NCBI GenBank assembly: GCA_965231005.1
Contig: OZ246405.1
Location: 674,709-738,708 of the forward strand
DNA length: 64,000 nt
Source of the DNA: an uncultured Gammaproteobacteria bacterium
GTDB taxonomy: Bacteria > Patescibacteriota > Patescibacteriia > Magasanikbacterales > UBA922
Reading direction: 5' to 3'
The number at the start of each line of letters is the position of its first letter. Position 1 is the stretch's first letter. Position numbers and translations under genes: made by a program. The notes under the pieces were generated by a model that was not told where the DNA came from, ran no database searches, and saw only the letters and a list, made by a program, of their open reading frames with translations. This document shows, piece by piece, positions 19,674 to 29,319 of this stretch.

Positions 19674-20543
19674 ATGGTTAGGCTAAAAAGAGTATTGACA
19701 AAGAATAAATTGGCTGTTGGTCTTTATCAACATTTGAAACGGGCTGTGCTTTTTCCAATAAGAAACACAAAATATAGAACAATATTAGATAATCAATTAT
19801 CAGTGAGAGATCTATTTAATTTTAAAAAAGGTATGTTACTTGGTAAGGTCCAACCGTATACAATGTCAGATTATGAGAGATTATCATACACGTACGATTT
19901 AGCACGCAAAGCTCCAGAAGGTGCATTTGTCGAGTGCGGGACATGGAAAGGAGGTAATGCCGCAATTATGGGAGATATTGCACGTGATAGCGACAGAACT
20001 ACATGGTATTTTGATTCCTTTCAAGGAATGCGAGAACCTACCGAAAAAGACATCGCATTTACAAGAAAAGGTAAAATACATGCAAAGGATCATTCGCTCG
20101 GGAACACAGATATGGCAGAAGCCTCAGTAGAAGATGTGGAAGAGATAATTACTATTCTAAACCTTCCAAAAGAAAGAAACATAATTGTCAAAGGCTGGTT
20201 TGAAGATACACTCCCCAAAAAGAAAGAAGCAATAGGAAACATTGCCCTTTTGCGTCTTGATGGTGATTGGTATGAATCCACAAAAACTATTTTGAATGAA
20301 CTTTACGATCAAGTTGTAGACGGAGGATATATCATCATAGATGATTACAAAGGATGGCAAGGATGCAGAAGAGCAGTTCATGATTTTTTACAAGAGCGAA
20401 ATATTATTCCCAATTTTCATTTTATGGGTGAGTTTGATAGAAAAAAAATACCTAAAGTTCCATCTGTCTATTTTGTAAAAGGTGAAAAATGTGAGGATCA
20501 AGGTTTATTCAATGAATTGGAAGAATTAGCTTTACTATCATAA
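19674..20543 (+). CDS. TylF/macrocin-O-methyltransferase-family SAM O-methyltransferase (paralogue of 16908..17738)
   Basis: 'FVECGTWKGGNAAIMG', 'WYFDSFQGMREP', 'LRLDGDWYESTKTILNELYDQVVDGGYIIIDDY'. The track start at 19668 is GTG; first ATG is at 19674. Confidence 0.7.
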   Translation: MVRLKRVLTKNKLAVGLYQHLKRAVLFPIRNTKYRTILDNQLSVRDLFNFKKGMLLGKVQPYTMSDYERLSYTYDLARKAPEGAFVECGTWKGGNAAIMGDIARDSDRTTWYFDSFQGMREPTEKDIAFTRKGKIHAKDHSLGNTDMAEASVEDVEEIITILNLPKERNIIVKGWFEDTLPKKKEAIGNIALLRLDGDWYESTKTILNELYDQVVDGGYIIIDDYKGWQGCRRAVHDFLQERNIIPNFHFMGEFDRKKIPKVPSVYFVKGEKCEDQGLFNELEELALLS

Positions 20544-20561
20544 AAAATAACTTCAAAACAT

Positions 20562-21398
20562 ATGCAAGATAATAAAAAAAATTCTGTACAAATTAATCTA
20601 GAAGGAAAGGTGGCTTTGGTCACTGGTGCAAATAAAGGTCTTGGTTTTTACATTAGTAAGACACTTGCTGAAGCTGGCGCTCACGTGTTCGCTGGTTGTC
20701 GTGATCTTGAACAAGGAAAACACGCTATGCAAGAATGTATTGACAGTGGTTTGTCAATTGAATTAGTCGCACTTGATGTCACTGACCAACAATCTGTGGA
20801 TGTTGCAGTAGACAAAATTTTAGATAAACAAGGGAAGATTGATATATTAGTGAATAATGCTGGCGTACTTGGTGGACAAGGTTGGGAAGAACGTCTAGAA
20901 GAAAATGCAGAAGACTGGGAGATGAATTATGAAGTAAATTTGAGAGGTGTTGCAAGAATGACAGATGCTGTGGTTAAAGGAATGAAGGAAAAACAATATG
21001 GAAAGATAATTAATATTGCGTCAAATGCAGGAAGAGGTGGGAATGGAAAACACATTCCATCATCTTACGGGGCTACAAAAGCCGCAGTCATCAATCTGAC
21101 TCAGACAAACGCACTAAGCTATGCGGCAGATAATATTAATGTAAACTGTGTTTGTCCGGGGATTATATGGACTCCAATGTTGGCAACAATTGGTGAGCGG
21201 TTAGGTAATCTAAATGAAGACACAAAGGGCTTAACTCCTGAAGAAGTGTTTGCGTGGCAAGCAAAAACTCGTGTTCCTCTAAAGAGAGGACAAACAGGTG
21301 AAGACATTGGTTATATGACTGCATTTCTTGCCTCTGAATTATCTAGAAATATTACAGGACAAAGTATTAATGTAAATGGTGGTATTCGAATGAATTAA
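20562..21398 (+). CDS. short-chain dehydrogenase/reductase
   Basis: 'VALVTGANKGLGFYI' and 'YGATKAAV' (YxxxK). Confidence 0.75.
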   Translation: MQDNKKNSVQINLEGKVALVTGANKGLGFYISKTLAEAGAHVFAGCRDLEQGKHAMQECIDSGLSIELVALDVTDQQSVDVAVDKILDKQGKIDILVNNAGVLGGQGWEERLEENAEDWEMNYEVNLRGVARMTDAVVKGMKEKQYGKIINIASNAGRGGNGKHIPSSYGATKAAVINLTQTNALSYAADNINVNCVCPGIIWTPMLATIGERLGNLNEDTKGLTPEEVFAWQAKTRVPLKRGQTGEDIGYMTAFLASELSRNITGQSINVNGGIRMN

Positions 21399-21408
21399 TT
21401 ATTTCTCT

Positions 21409-22743
21409 ATGTTTATTCCAGATTCAAAACAAGCTATCGATCTTCCAGTAAGAAAGAAATTACTTAAGATTTTGAATACTGCAATTCGTTGTGTCCAACC
21501 ACAACAGTTTATTGGAAAGTCTGTCAGGTTTGAACATGAAACACTGTATGTAAAAAATGATAAGTTTTCAACAGAGAACAAGAGGATATTTGTTATTGGT
21601 TCTGGAAAGGCGTCTGCAGAAATGGCTGAAGAGATCGAACGGATTCTTGCACCCGAAAGGATTACAGCAGGAATAATTATTACTCATAGAACTGATGTGA
21701 CCTTGAAAAAAATTCATGTGCGTTCTGCAGGGCATCCCATTCCTTCAGAAGAAGGTTTACTTGCAACAAAAGAGATATTTGATCTTAAAAGTAAATATGG
21801 TATTTCTGCTAATGATATTATTATTGCTCTTGTCTCAGGTGGAGCATCTGCTCTGATGCCATATCCTGTTTTTGGGATTTCTCTTGAAGATAAAAAAATA
21901 TTGTATGACATATTTATAGAACGTGCAATTCCTGGCTTTGAAAGTACAAAAATAAAAGCAAACGTTTCACAAGTGAAAAGTGGAGGACTTGCAAAGCATT
22001 TTTTCCCTACACCAATTATTTCTCTTATTCTTTCCGATGACAATGGAAAATCAGGACATGAAAATACTGGCTCTGGTCCATTTACAAATAATGATTTTAC
22101 ATGCTTGGATGCATTAAAGATTATAGATAAATATGATTTAAAAAATGTAATACCAGATTCAATTTATTCTCACTTGAAAGATGGTGAAGAAAGGAATACA
22201 AGCCAGCTTAATCATGAATCCATTTATCAGTATGTACTTGCGACAAATAAAGACTTAGTAGAGGAAATTGGAAAAATTGCAGAGAATGAAGGAATAGATG
22301 TTTCCACTAAAATTCATGTTGATGGTGAGGCCTCAGAGACTGCTCTGGAATTTTGCAATGAAATTACTAAACGAAAAAAAGATAGTGCAAATATGCTATT
22401 ATATGGCGGTGAAACTACAGTGCATTTGCCAAAAACGCATGGAATTGGTGGAAGAAATCAAGAGTTTGCCGTGGCTTGTTTAAAATATTTAGATAGCATG
22501 GGTTCAAACGATTGGTGTGTTGCAGCAATTGCAACTGATGGTGTTGATTTTATAAAAGAATCGGCCGGTGGAATCATTGATAGTAGTTCACAAGATGTTA
22601 TAAAAGAAAAAAAATATGATATTGATGAATTCCTTGAGAAACATGATTCTCATAATTTGCTTAAGTCTATTGGATCAAATGTAGTCACTGAAAAAGGAAC
22701 TGGTACGAATGTTGGAGATATAATGGTTTATTTACAAATATAA
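21409..22743 (+). CDS. glycerate 2-kinase (MOFRL family, GckA/TtuD-like)
   Basis: 'LLYGGETTVHLPKTHGIGGRNQEFAVA' is the MOFRL-family catalytic block. N-terminal 'FVIGSGKAS...ALVSGGASAL'. Confidence 0.6.
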   Translation: MFIPDSKQAIDLPVRKKLLKILNTAIRCVQPQQFIGKSVRFEHETLYVKNDKFSTENKRIFVIGSGKASAEMAEEIERILAPERITAGIIITHRTDVTLKKIHVRSAGHPIPSEEGLLATKEIFDLKSKYGISANDIIIALVSGGASALMPYPVFGISLEDKKILYDIFIERAIPGFESTKIKANVSQVKSGGLAKHFFPTPIISLILSDDNGKSGHENTGSGPFTNNDFTCLDALKIIDKYDLKNVIPDSIYSHLKDGEERNTSQLNHESIYQYVLATNKDLVEEIGKIAENEGIDVSTKIHVDGEASETALEFCNEITKRKKDSANMLLYGGETTVHLPKTHGIGGRNQEFAVACLKYLDSMGSNDWCVAAIATDGVDFIKESAGGIIDSSSQDVIKEKKYDIDEFLEKHDSHNLLKSIGSNVVTEKGTGTNVGDIMVYLQI

Positions 22744-22759
22744 TTATTAATATATTCAT

Positions 22760-23329
22760 ATGTATACATGGAGCAATGAAAAGCGACTCGACACGCTTAA
22801 TGTCGAAGGTGAAGACAATAAGTTAATTTTTCAAACTGCAGAAGAACGGGCAGAAGTTTTTATTGTTGATGGAGATATCGATAAAGTAATTTTTACTGAA
22901 ACAGGAAAAGATCCTGTTACAATTACAAAAGATGAAAGATCTTACATTGTTGTTGGTGAAGGAAATTGGGAAAGAGATGTATATCATTTTCTTAAACCTG
23001 GTGGTCCAGCGCCTACAATGAGACTTGGAATCACAAGCCATAAGGGGATTGGAACATGGTCAAGTTTGCCACATGACTTTGAATTAAACACTGAAAAGGA
23101 TTTTGAAGAAGTATTTTTTTACATATTAGATGGTGGGCCTCAGCGTGCAATCCAAGTTGGTAAAGGTGTTTGGCACGACAATACACCGGTTGATGATGTG
23201 TGGAAGGTTGAACATAATTCTTTTGGAACAATACCTATGGGATATCATCCTGTTGTAGCTGAACCACATGTACATGTTTCTTATATCTGGGTGTATCTTG
23301 CAAAGAAAAAAGAATGGGAAAAAATATAA
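22760..23329 (+). CDS. hypothetical protein (possible cupin-fold sugar-modifying enzyme)
   Basis: No firm motif. Size and beta-rich composition only. Confidence 0.2.
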   Translation: MYTWSNEKRLDTLNVEGEDNKLIFQTAEERAEVFIVDGDIDKVIFTETGKDPVTITKDERSYIVVGEGNWERDVYHFLKPGGPAPTMRLGITSHKGIGTWSSLPHDFELNTEKDFEEVFFYILDGGPQRAIQVGKGVWHDNTPVDDVWKVEHNSFGTIPMGYHPVVAEPHVHVSYIWVYLAKKKEWEKI

Positions 23330-23343
23330 AAAATATATAACAT

Positions 23344-25392
23344 ATGTCTACGCTTTCAATTTACTCAATTTTTCATTTGAATCTTGCCTACTCTTCTCTT
23401 TCTAAAGAAAGAAGAAAAGATGTTATTGCACGCTGCTATTGGCCTCTTTTGAGATTGGCTGAAGATACTGATGTTGGTATAGGAATTGAAGCAACTGTCT
23501 TTACTCTTGAGAAGATACAAGAAATTGACCCTTTATTTATTGAGAAATTGAAATCACTTATCCAAGAAAAGAAATGTGAATTTATTGGAAGTGGGTGCGC
23601 TCAAGTGATAGGGCCTATTGTTCCTGTAGAAGTCAATGAACATAATCTTGGTATTGGAAATGATTTATATGAATCCATGTTAGGAATACGACCGCGCATT
23701 GCATATCTAAACGAACTTACATATTCCAAGAGTCTTGTTCAACTTTACATTGACGCAGGTTATGAAGCTATTTATATGGAATCAAATAATCCTGTAAAGT
23801 TTCATCCTGAATGGAATTTTGAAATTCAATATAATCCACAAGTCGCAGTTGATGACAAAGGGAGAAAAATAAAATTACTTTGGAATAATTCGGTAGGGTT
23901 TCAAAAATTTCAACGATATGCTTCTGCTGAGATCGACATGAATGAATATATGGAGTATTTGTTGTCACATGTTGGTGAACATCCTCGTTTTTTTTCTTAT
24001 TATGGTTCTGATGCTGAAATATTTGATTTTAGAACCGTGCGTTATGATGAAGAAGCTCCAATTGTTGATTCGGGTGAATGGCAGAGAATACGTGATCTAC
24101 TGACACATATGAAAGAGAATCCAAATCTTTCATTTATGTCTCCAAGCAGAGCCTTAGGATTAGCAAATGGACAATATTCATTTAATGAAATTCGTTTGGA
24201 ATCAGGCGATCAACCAATCCCCGTGAAGAAGAGAGAAAAATACAATCTTACACGTTGGTCGCTTACTGGACGTGACGATATTGGGATAAATACTATGTGT
24301 TATCAGATTTATAGCAATTTAATGCAATATCAGAATGAAAAAAAAGTAAGTGCAGAGACAGATTCAACAGTATATGCATATTGGAAAGATCTATGTTATT
24401 TGTGGGGGAGTGATTTTAGAACGCATATTGTAGAAGATAGATTTATTGAGCATGGGAAGAAAATACGTCAGCTACTAGATGATACAAATAAATTGTTGGA
24501 AGAAGAGAAAGGTAATTTTGTTGGCAACATTTCTATTCAAGAAAAAGATAAAACAGGTGTTGTCCCAGTAGTAAAGAAAGAAGGGAGAAAAGTTATAGTT
24601 GAAACAGCTTGTGTAAGTATAGAGCTGAATGTGCAGAAGGGTCTTGCAATCGAATCGTTAGTTTATAAAGATATTTCAGAAAAGTCATTAATTGGAACAT
24701 TACAGAATGGGTATTATAATGATGTGTCATTTGCAGAAGATTTTTTTAGCGGTCACACAGCAATAGCAATACCAATGAGACAAAAAATAACGGATTTAGA
24801 GCATGTTGACATCCTTATTTCTGAAGTTTCACCAGACAGCGAATATGTAGATCTTGAATGTGATGTCAGACTAAAATCAGGAGTTATCAAGAAAAAAATA
24901 CGGATATACAACTACGCAAACAGAATTGACATTGAGTATGATTTCAGACTCAAAGATATATTTCCATCATCGTTTCGAACATGTGTGTTAACATATAATC
25001 CTAATGCATTTGAAAAGAAAAGTTTATACTATGGATGTCACAATGGTGGTGAAGATAAGGAATATTTTGATTTGAAAAAAGATTTAAGATGTGGGCAGTT
25101 GTTATTTCATCTTATTTCCGCACAATCAGTGCTAGGAAATACAAAAGGAAGTTTTGAAATCGGTGATAAAGATAAAACTATTGAGATAGTAACTGATATG
25201 ACGAAAGTTGCGGCTCTTCCTATGATTGATTTTATAGGCATGAAAGAAGATAATTATTTTCTCAGAACATTTTATTCACTTGGTGAATTTGATGAGACTA
25301 GTTTATTGAGCAATAAAATGAGAGATGCAGAAATTACATTTTCAGCAACAATTTTTGGAAAAAGAAATTGTAGACCTGAAATACTTTCTTAA
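23344..25392 (+). CDS. large hypothetical protein, possibly GH57-like (beta/alpha)7-barrel carbohydrate-processing enzyme
   Basis: N-terminal 'FHLNLAY...CYWPLLRL...FIGSGCAQVIGPIVP' loosely resembles GH57-family N-terminal blocks. Weak. Confidence 0.25.
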   Translation: MSTLSIYSIFHLNLAYSSLSKERRKDVIARCYWPLLRLAEDTDVGIGIEATVFTLEKIQEIDPLFIEKLKSLIQEKKCEFIGSGCAQVIGPIVPVEVNEHNLGIGNDLYESMLGIRPRIAYLNELTYSKSLVQLYIDAGYEAIYMESNNPVKFHPEWNFEIQYNPQVAVDDKGRKIKLLWNNSVGFQKFQRYASAEIDMNEYMEYLLSHVGEHPRFFSYYGSDAEIFDFRTVRYDEEAPIVDSGEWQRIRDLLTHMKENPNLSFMSPSRALGLANGQYSFNEIRLESGDQPIPVKKREKYNLTRWSLTGRDDIGINTMCYQIYSNLMQYQNEKKVSAETDSTVYAYWKDLCYLWGSDFRTHIVEDRFIEHGKKIRQLLDDTNKLLEEEKGNFVGNISIQEKDKTGVVPVVKKEGRKVIVETACVSIELNVQKGLAIESLVYKDISEKSLIGTLQNGYYNDVSFAEDFFSGHTAIAIPMRQKITDLEHVDILISEVSPDSEYVDLECDVRLKSGVIKKKIRIYNYANRIDIEYDFRLKDIFPSSFRTCVLTYNPNAFEKKSLYYGCHNGGEDKEYFDLKKDLRCGQLLFHLISAQSVLGNTKGSFEIGDKDKTIEIVTDMTKVAALPMIDFIGMKEDNYFLRTFYSLGEFDETSLLSNKMRDAEITFSATIFGKRNCRPEILS

Positions 25393-25400
25393 TATTATTT

Positions 25401-26183
25401 ATGAAATACACATATAAATACATTGTAGAAAACAGATACGATCCAAATGCACACAAGGCAAGAAAGATCGGTGACAAGTATGTCCTTATGACTGCAATAT
25501 CAAAAGCACTTTCACCAGTTCCAGTGTATATCTTCCTTAATCTAGGTATTCATCCAGACACGATTACACTGATTAGCCTTCTTTTTATTCTTATTGGATC
25601 TGGAGCATTTGTTGTTGGCCTACCTCTTTTAGGAATTCTATTTTATCTTCTTTTTGCTTTGTTTGATTCAGTAGATGGAGATATGGCTCGATGCGCTGGT
25701 CCAACATCTTATGGGAGTGTTCTAGATTCATTTGGTGCCGACTTGTTTTATGCCTGTTCTCCCATTGCAGTAAGTTTTTATTTGTTTTCAAAAGAAATAG
25801 CAATCCTAAATATGGAATCTTCTTTTCTTTTACTTGTTGGGGCATTCATTTCAGCAACATTTATGGTTTATAGACTTATTAATGCAAAGGTATATAAGTT
25901 TATGAGTAATGCAAGTAATGGATCGTCAGACTATACGCAAGGAGCAAAAAAGAAGATACGCAGCGGAGTCTTAAAAAGCATTGTAAAAGTGTATAGGCAT
26001 GTGTTAGTAAGAGGTAATTTTTTTGCAGAACCAGGAATGCTATTTTGGTTTTCAATTCTTACCATATTTAAGGCCCATGAAGTGCTGGCTTGGTATTTAC
26101 TTGGAATTCTCATATACAATATCGGGTATTTATCTATGAATTTTTTTGGAACATATATATTTTTTAAAACACTAAGAAAATGA
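25401..26183 (+). CDS. CDP-alcohol phosphatidyltransferase-family membrane phosphotransferase
   Basis: 'DSVDGDMARCAGPTSYGSVLDSFGADLF' approximates DGxxAR...G...D...D. Multiple TM segments. Confidence 0.5.
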   Translation: MKYTYKYIVENRYDPNAHKARKIGDKYVLMTAISKALSPVPVYIFLNLGIHPDTITLISLLFILIGSGAFVVGLPLLGILFYLLFALFDSVDGDMARCAGPTSYGSVLDSFGADLFYACSPIAVSFYLFSKEIAILNMESSFLLLVGAFISATFMVYRLINAKVYKFMSNASNGSSDYTQGAKKKIRSGVLKSIVKVYRHVLVRGNFFAEPGMLFWFSILTIFKAHEVLAWYLLGILIYNIGYLSMNFFGTYIFFKTLRK

Positions 26184-27553
26184 AGACAATATTTGTAACA
26201 ATGAGCAAAGGTGGGTTGATAAGAAATTTTCTTCATACTGGGGTAATTGAAAAGATACTTCAAGAAGGATGTCGTGTTGTATTACTTACACCACAATATC
26301 AAGATAAAGAAATTTTTAAGCCCTTTATGCATGAAAATCTTGTGCTAGAGCCCTTACATAGATCAAAAATTCGTTTTGGAACGCTTATAGGGGAATTTTC
26401 AAAAGGTGCTGTCTTTAATAGAACAGTGAATTATCTATGGAGATTTCGTTTGCTTGGTGTTGCTCCAAGTAGACTATATTATCTTCCACGTATATTATTT
26501 TTGTCATGGTTAAGATGGATTCCTGGGTTCAAGACATGCATCCGTTGGATTGATATGATAATTAATCCACAAAAAGAACATGACTATCTATTTGAAAAAT
26601 ATAAACCCGATCTTATTTTTTCTACATCATGTAATGGATATGTTGATAGCGGTGTTATTAAAGGCGCAAAACGATTTGGTGTTAAAACAGTCGGGATGTT
26701 GCAAAGTTGGGATAATGTTTCGAAAATATTAACCAATACAAAGATGGATTATCTTTTTGTATGGAGTCCATTTATGAAACATCAAGCAATGACGCTTCAA
26801 GGATTCAAAGAATCAGAAATTGTTGTGACTGGTGTTCCGCAGTTTGATCATTACCACAAAAAAGAGAAGCTTTTAAGTAGAGAAGATTTCTGCAAAAAAT
26901 TTAATTTTGATCCACAGAAAAAAATTGTACTTTATGGATCAAGTGGTGGTGGGCCAGATCTTGAGCAAGAGTCAGATTATCCTGAAATCATCCATGGGTT
27001 TTTAGAACAAGGTCTTTTGCGTGATGTTCAAGTCATAGCAAGACCACATATCGGATACAAAAATGATGCAGACAAGTTTGACTGTTTGGCAACATATGAT
27101 GGTTTTGCAGTAGATAGGACAGACACACAAAGTCCAAAGTTTACTGATCATTGGGATCCAAGTGTGGAACATTTAAACCACTTGTACAATTCCCTTTATC
27201 ATGCAGATGTGTGTATCAATATTGCTTCAACACTCACACTTGATGCGGCTGTTTGTGGTACTCCTGTTATTAACATACGCTTTGATCGCAATGAGGTTGA
27301 TAATTATAATGATTCTTTGCGTAGACTTCATGATACAGGCTATATTCGTGCAGTTATGGCTATTGGAGCAACATGGATTGTAAATAGTAAAGATGAGTTT
27401 CTTGTTGCACTTAAGGCGGTTCTTGAAAAAAACATGCAAAAGGATTTGAATAGACTTATTAATGAATTTATATATAAAAATGATGGAAGATCTGCCGAGC
27501 GTATTGCAGATGCATTAGTAAAGATTGTCTCTAATGAGAAAATAACATCCTAA
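26180..27553 (+). CDS. GT-B-fold transferase, TagB/TagF (CDP-glycerol glycerophosphotransferase)-like or KpsC/KpsS-like; paralogue 1 of 4
   Basis: 'KKIVLYGSSGG', 'RPHIGY', C-terminal 'YHADVCINIASTLTLDAAVCGTPVI' shared with 33288..34709. ATGA overlap with the upstream gene. Confidence 0.4.
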   Translation: MKTIFVTMSKGGLIRNFLHTGVIEKILQEGCRVVLLTPQYQDKEIFKPFMHENLVLEPLHRSKIRFGTLIGEFSKGAVFNRTVNYLWRFRLLGVAPSRLYYLPRILFLSWLRWIPGFKTCIRWIDMIINPQKEHDYLFEKYKPDLIFSTSCNGYVDSGVIKGAKRFGVKTVGMLQSWDNVSKILTNTKMDYLFVWSPFMKHQAMTLQGFKESEIVVTGVPQFDHYHKKEKLLSREDFCKKFNFDPQKKIVLYGSSGGGPDLEQESDYPEIIHGFLEQGLLRDVQVIARPHIGYKNDADKFDCLATYDGFAVDRTDTQSPKFTDHWDPSVEHLNHLYNSLYHADVCINIASTLTLDAAVCGTPVINIRFDRNEVDNYNDSLRRLHDTGYIRAVMAIGATWIVNSKDEFLVALKAVLEKNMQKDLNRLINEFIYKNDGRSAERIADALVKIVSNEKITS

Positions 27554-27555
27554 GT

Positions 27556-29319
27556 ATGTGTGGAATCATTGGTGTTGCAGGAAACATTCCTGAGAAAAAA
27601 ATAATAGAGGAAGCGCGTGACTCCATACGTCATCGCGGTCCTGATGATGCTGGAATATATTATGCTCCAGAAGAAGGTGTTTCATTTGGACATCGTCGTC
27701 TTTCAATTATTGATTTGACTTCTGCTGGACATCAGCCATTTCATAGTAATAATGATCAATATATAGTTACATTTAATGGGGAGATATATAATTATTTAGA
27801 GTTGAAACAAGAATTAAAAGACGTCTATGAATTCAAGACTAATACAGACACAGAAGTTCTTTTAGCCGCATACCAACATTGGGGAGAAGCATGTTTAAAT
27901 AAATTTAACGGAATGTTTTCATTTGCCATCTGGGACAGAGAAAAAAAGAAATTATTTTGTGCACGAGATCGAGTAGGAATCAAACCATTTTATTATACTT
28001 ACAACAATGATACAATAGCCTTTGCATCAGAAATAAAAGCTCTCATTGCAATGGGCGTTGAGAAAAAAATCAATGAGGGAATTTTGTTTGACTATTTGCG
28101 ATATGGTTTATATGACCATACAGATGAAACTTTTTTTGAAGGTGTGCGCGTATTACCACCTGGACATTATCTAATTTTTAGTGGTGGTAAATTAGAAATA
28201 AAAAAATATTGGGATTTAGCAGATGTTAAAATTCAAAAAGATATATCAGAGGAAGAGGTCGAAAAGACATTCCGTGAACTTCTTCAAAATGCTATTGAAC
28301 TGCGTTTTCGTAGCGATGTAAAGGTAGGATTAAATTTGTCTAGTGGGCTTGATTCAAACAGTCTTTATCACTATGCACTTGCAGTGACAAATGAGGATCT
28401 TCATACATTTTCTATGTGTCTGCAGAGTGAGGAATATAATGAGTGCTCTCTTATTGACGAAACACTTTCAGAAGACAAAAAGAAGTTTTGGCACACATGT
28501 TTTCTTAGTCGCGATAGTGTATTGGCTGGTGCAGAGGATATGAATGAGATACAGGATCAGCCGTTTGGCGGAATTCCTACTATTTCATATAAATTTTTGA
28601 TCGAATTAGCACGTGATAATGGTGTAACTGTTCTACTAGAGGGACAAGGAGTGGATGAAATTCTTGCTGGTTATCCATATTATGCAATGGAACATAAAAA
28701 AGATCTCTTGAATGATACAAAAAGTGGTGGGAGTGTTGGTTTAGGACAAGATGGCACTCGTCTTATTAATGAAGAAATATTGTCAGAAGATTTTGTAAAT
28801 CGTAATGCAGGACGCACATTATCATTTTTTAAACCATTTACATCTCATCTTTTGAATGCACAGTACAGAGATATTCGGTATACAAAATTGCCACGTGTCT
28901 TGCGTTTTAATGATCATGTCACAATGCATCTTGGTAGGGAACTGCGTGTACCATTTTTAGATCATAGACTTATAGAATTTTGTTTTTCTCTTTCTGAGAA
29001 ATACAAAATCCATAATGGAACACATAAGGTTTTGCTTCGCAATATTATGGACAGTGTAATTCCAAAAAAAATTCAGAAAAAAAAGAAAAAAGTATTTGGT
29101 GCGATTCAGACAGAGTGGTTTAAAGGTTCAATGAAAGAAAAAATATATGCATTATTAGATTCATCATCTTTTAAAAGAAGAGATTATTGGAATCATGATC
29201 AATTAAAGAAAGAAGTAGACAAGTTTTTTGCTGGTGAACGTAATAATTCATTTTTTATCTGGCAATGCTTAAATTTGGAAATGTGGTTACAAAAATATAT
29301 CGACAAAGCAGAAATATGA
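27556..29319 (+). CDS. asparagine synthase-like glutamine amidotransferase (AsnB family), second copy
   Basis: 'MCGIIGVAGN', 'HRGPDDAGIYY', 'HRRLSIIDL', 'GLNLSSGLDS'. Confidence 0.8.
   Translation: MCGIIGVAGNIPEKKIIEEARDSIRHRGPDDAGIYYAPEEGVSFGHRRLSIIDLTSAGHQPFHSNNDQYIVTFNGEIYNYLELKQELKDVYEFKTNTDTEVLLAAYQHWGEACLNKFNGMFSFAIWDREKKKLFCARDRVGIKPFYYTYNNDTIAFASEIKALIAMGVEKKINEGILFDYLRYGLYDHTDETFFEGVRVLPPGHYLIFSGGKLEIKKYWDLADVKIQKDISEEEVEKTFRELLQNAIELRFRSDVKVGLNLSSGLDSNSLYHYALAVTNEDLHTFSMCLQSEEYNECSLIDETLSEDKKKFWHTCFLSRDSVLAGAEDMNEIQDQPFGGIPTISYKFLIELARDNGVTVLLEGQGVDEILAGYPYYAMEHKKDLLNDTKSGGSVGLGQDGTRLINEEILSEDFVNRNAGRTLSFFKPFTSHLLNAQYRDIRYTKLPRVLRFNDHVTMHLGRELRVPFLDHRLIEFCFSLSEKYKIHNGTHKVLLRNIMDSVIPKKIQKKKKKVFGAIQTEWFKGSMKEKIYALLDSSSFKRRDYWNHDQLKKEVDKFFAGERNNSFFIWQCLNLEMWLQKYIDKAEI

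Noticed and set aside
22760-23329. dTDP-4-dehydrorhamnose 3,5-epimerase (RmlC) or KduI assignment for the 189-aa protein
   Set aside because: No recognisable RmlC His-Asp dyad context or KduI metal-site motifs. Left as hypothetical cupin-like.
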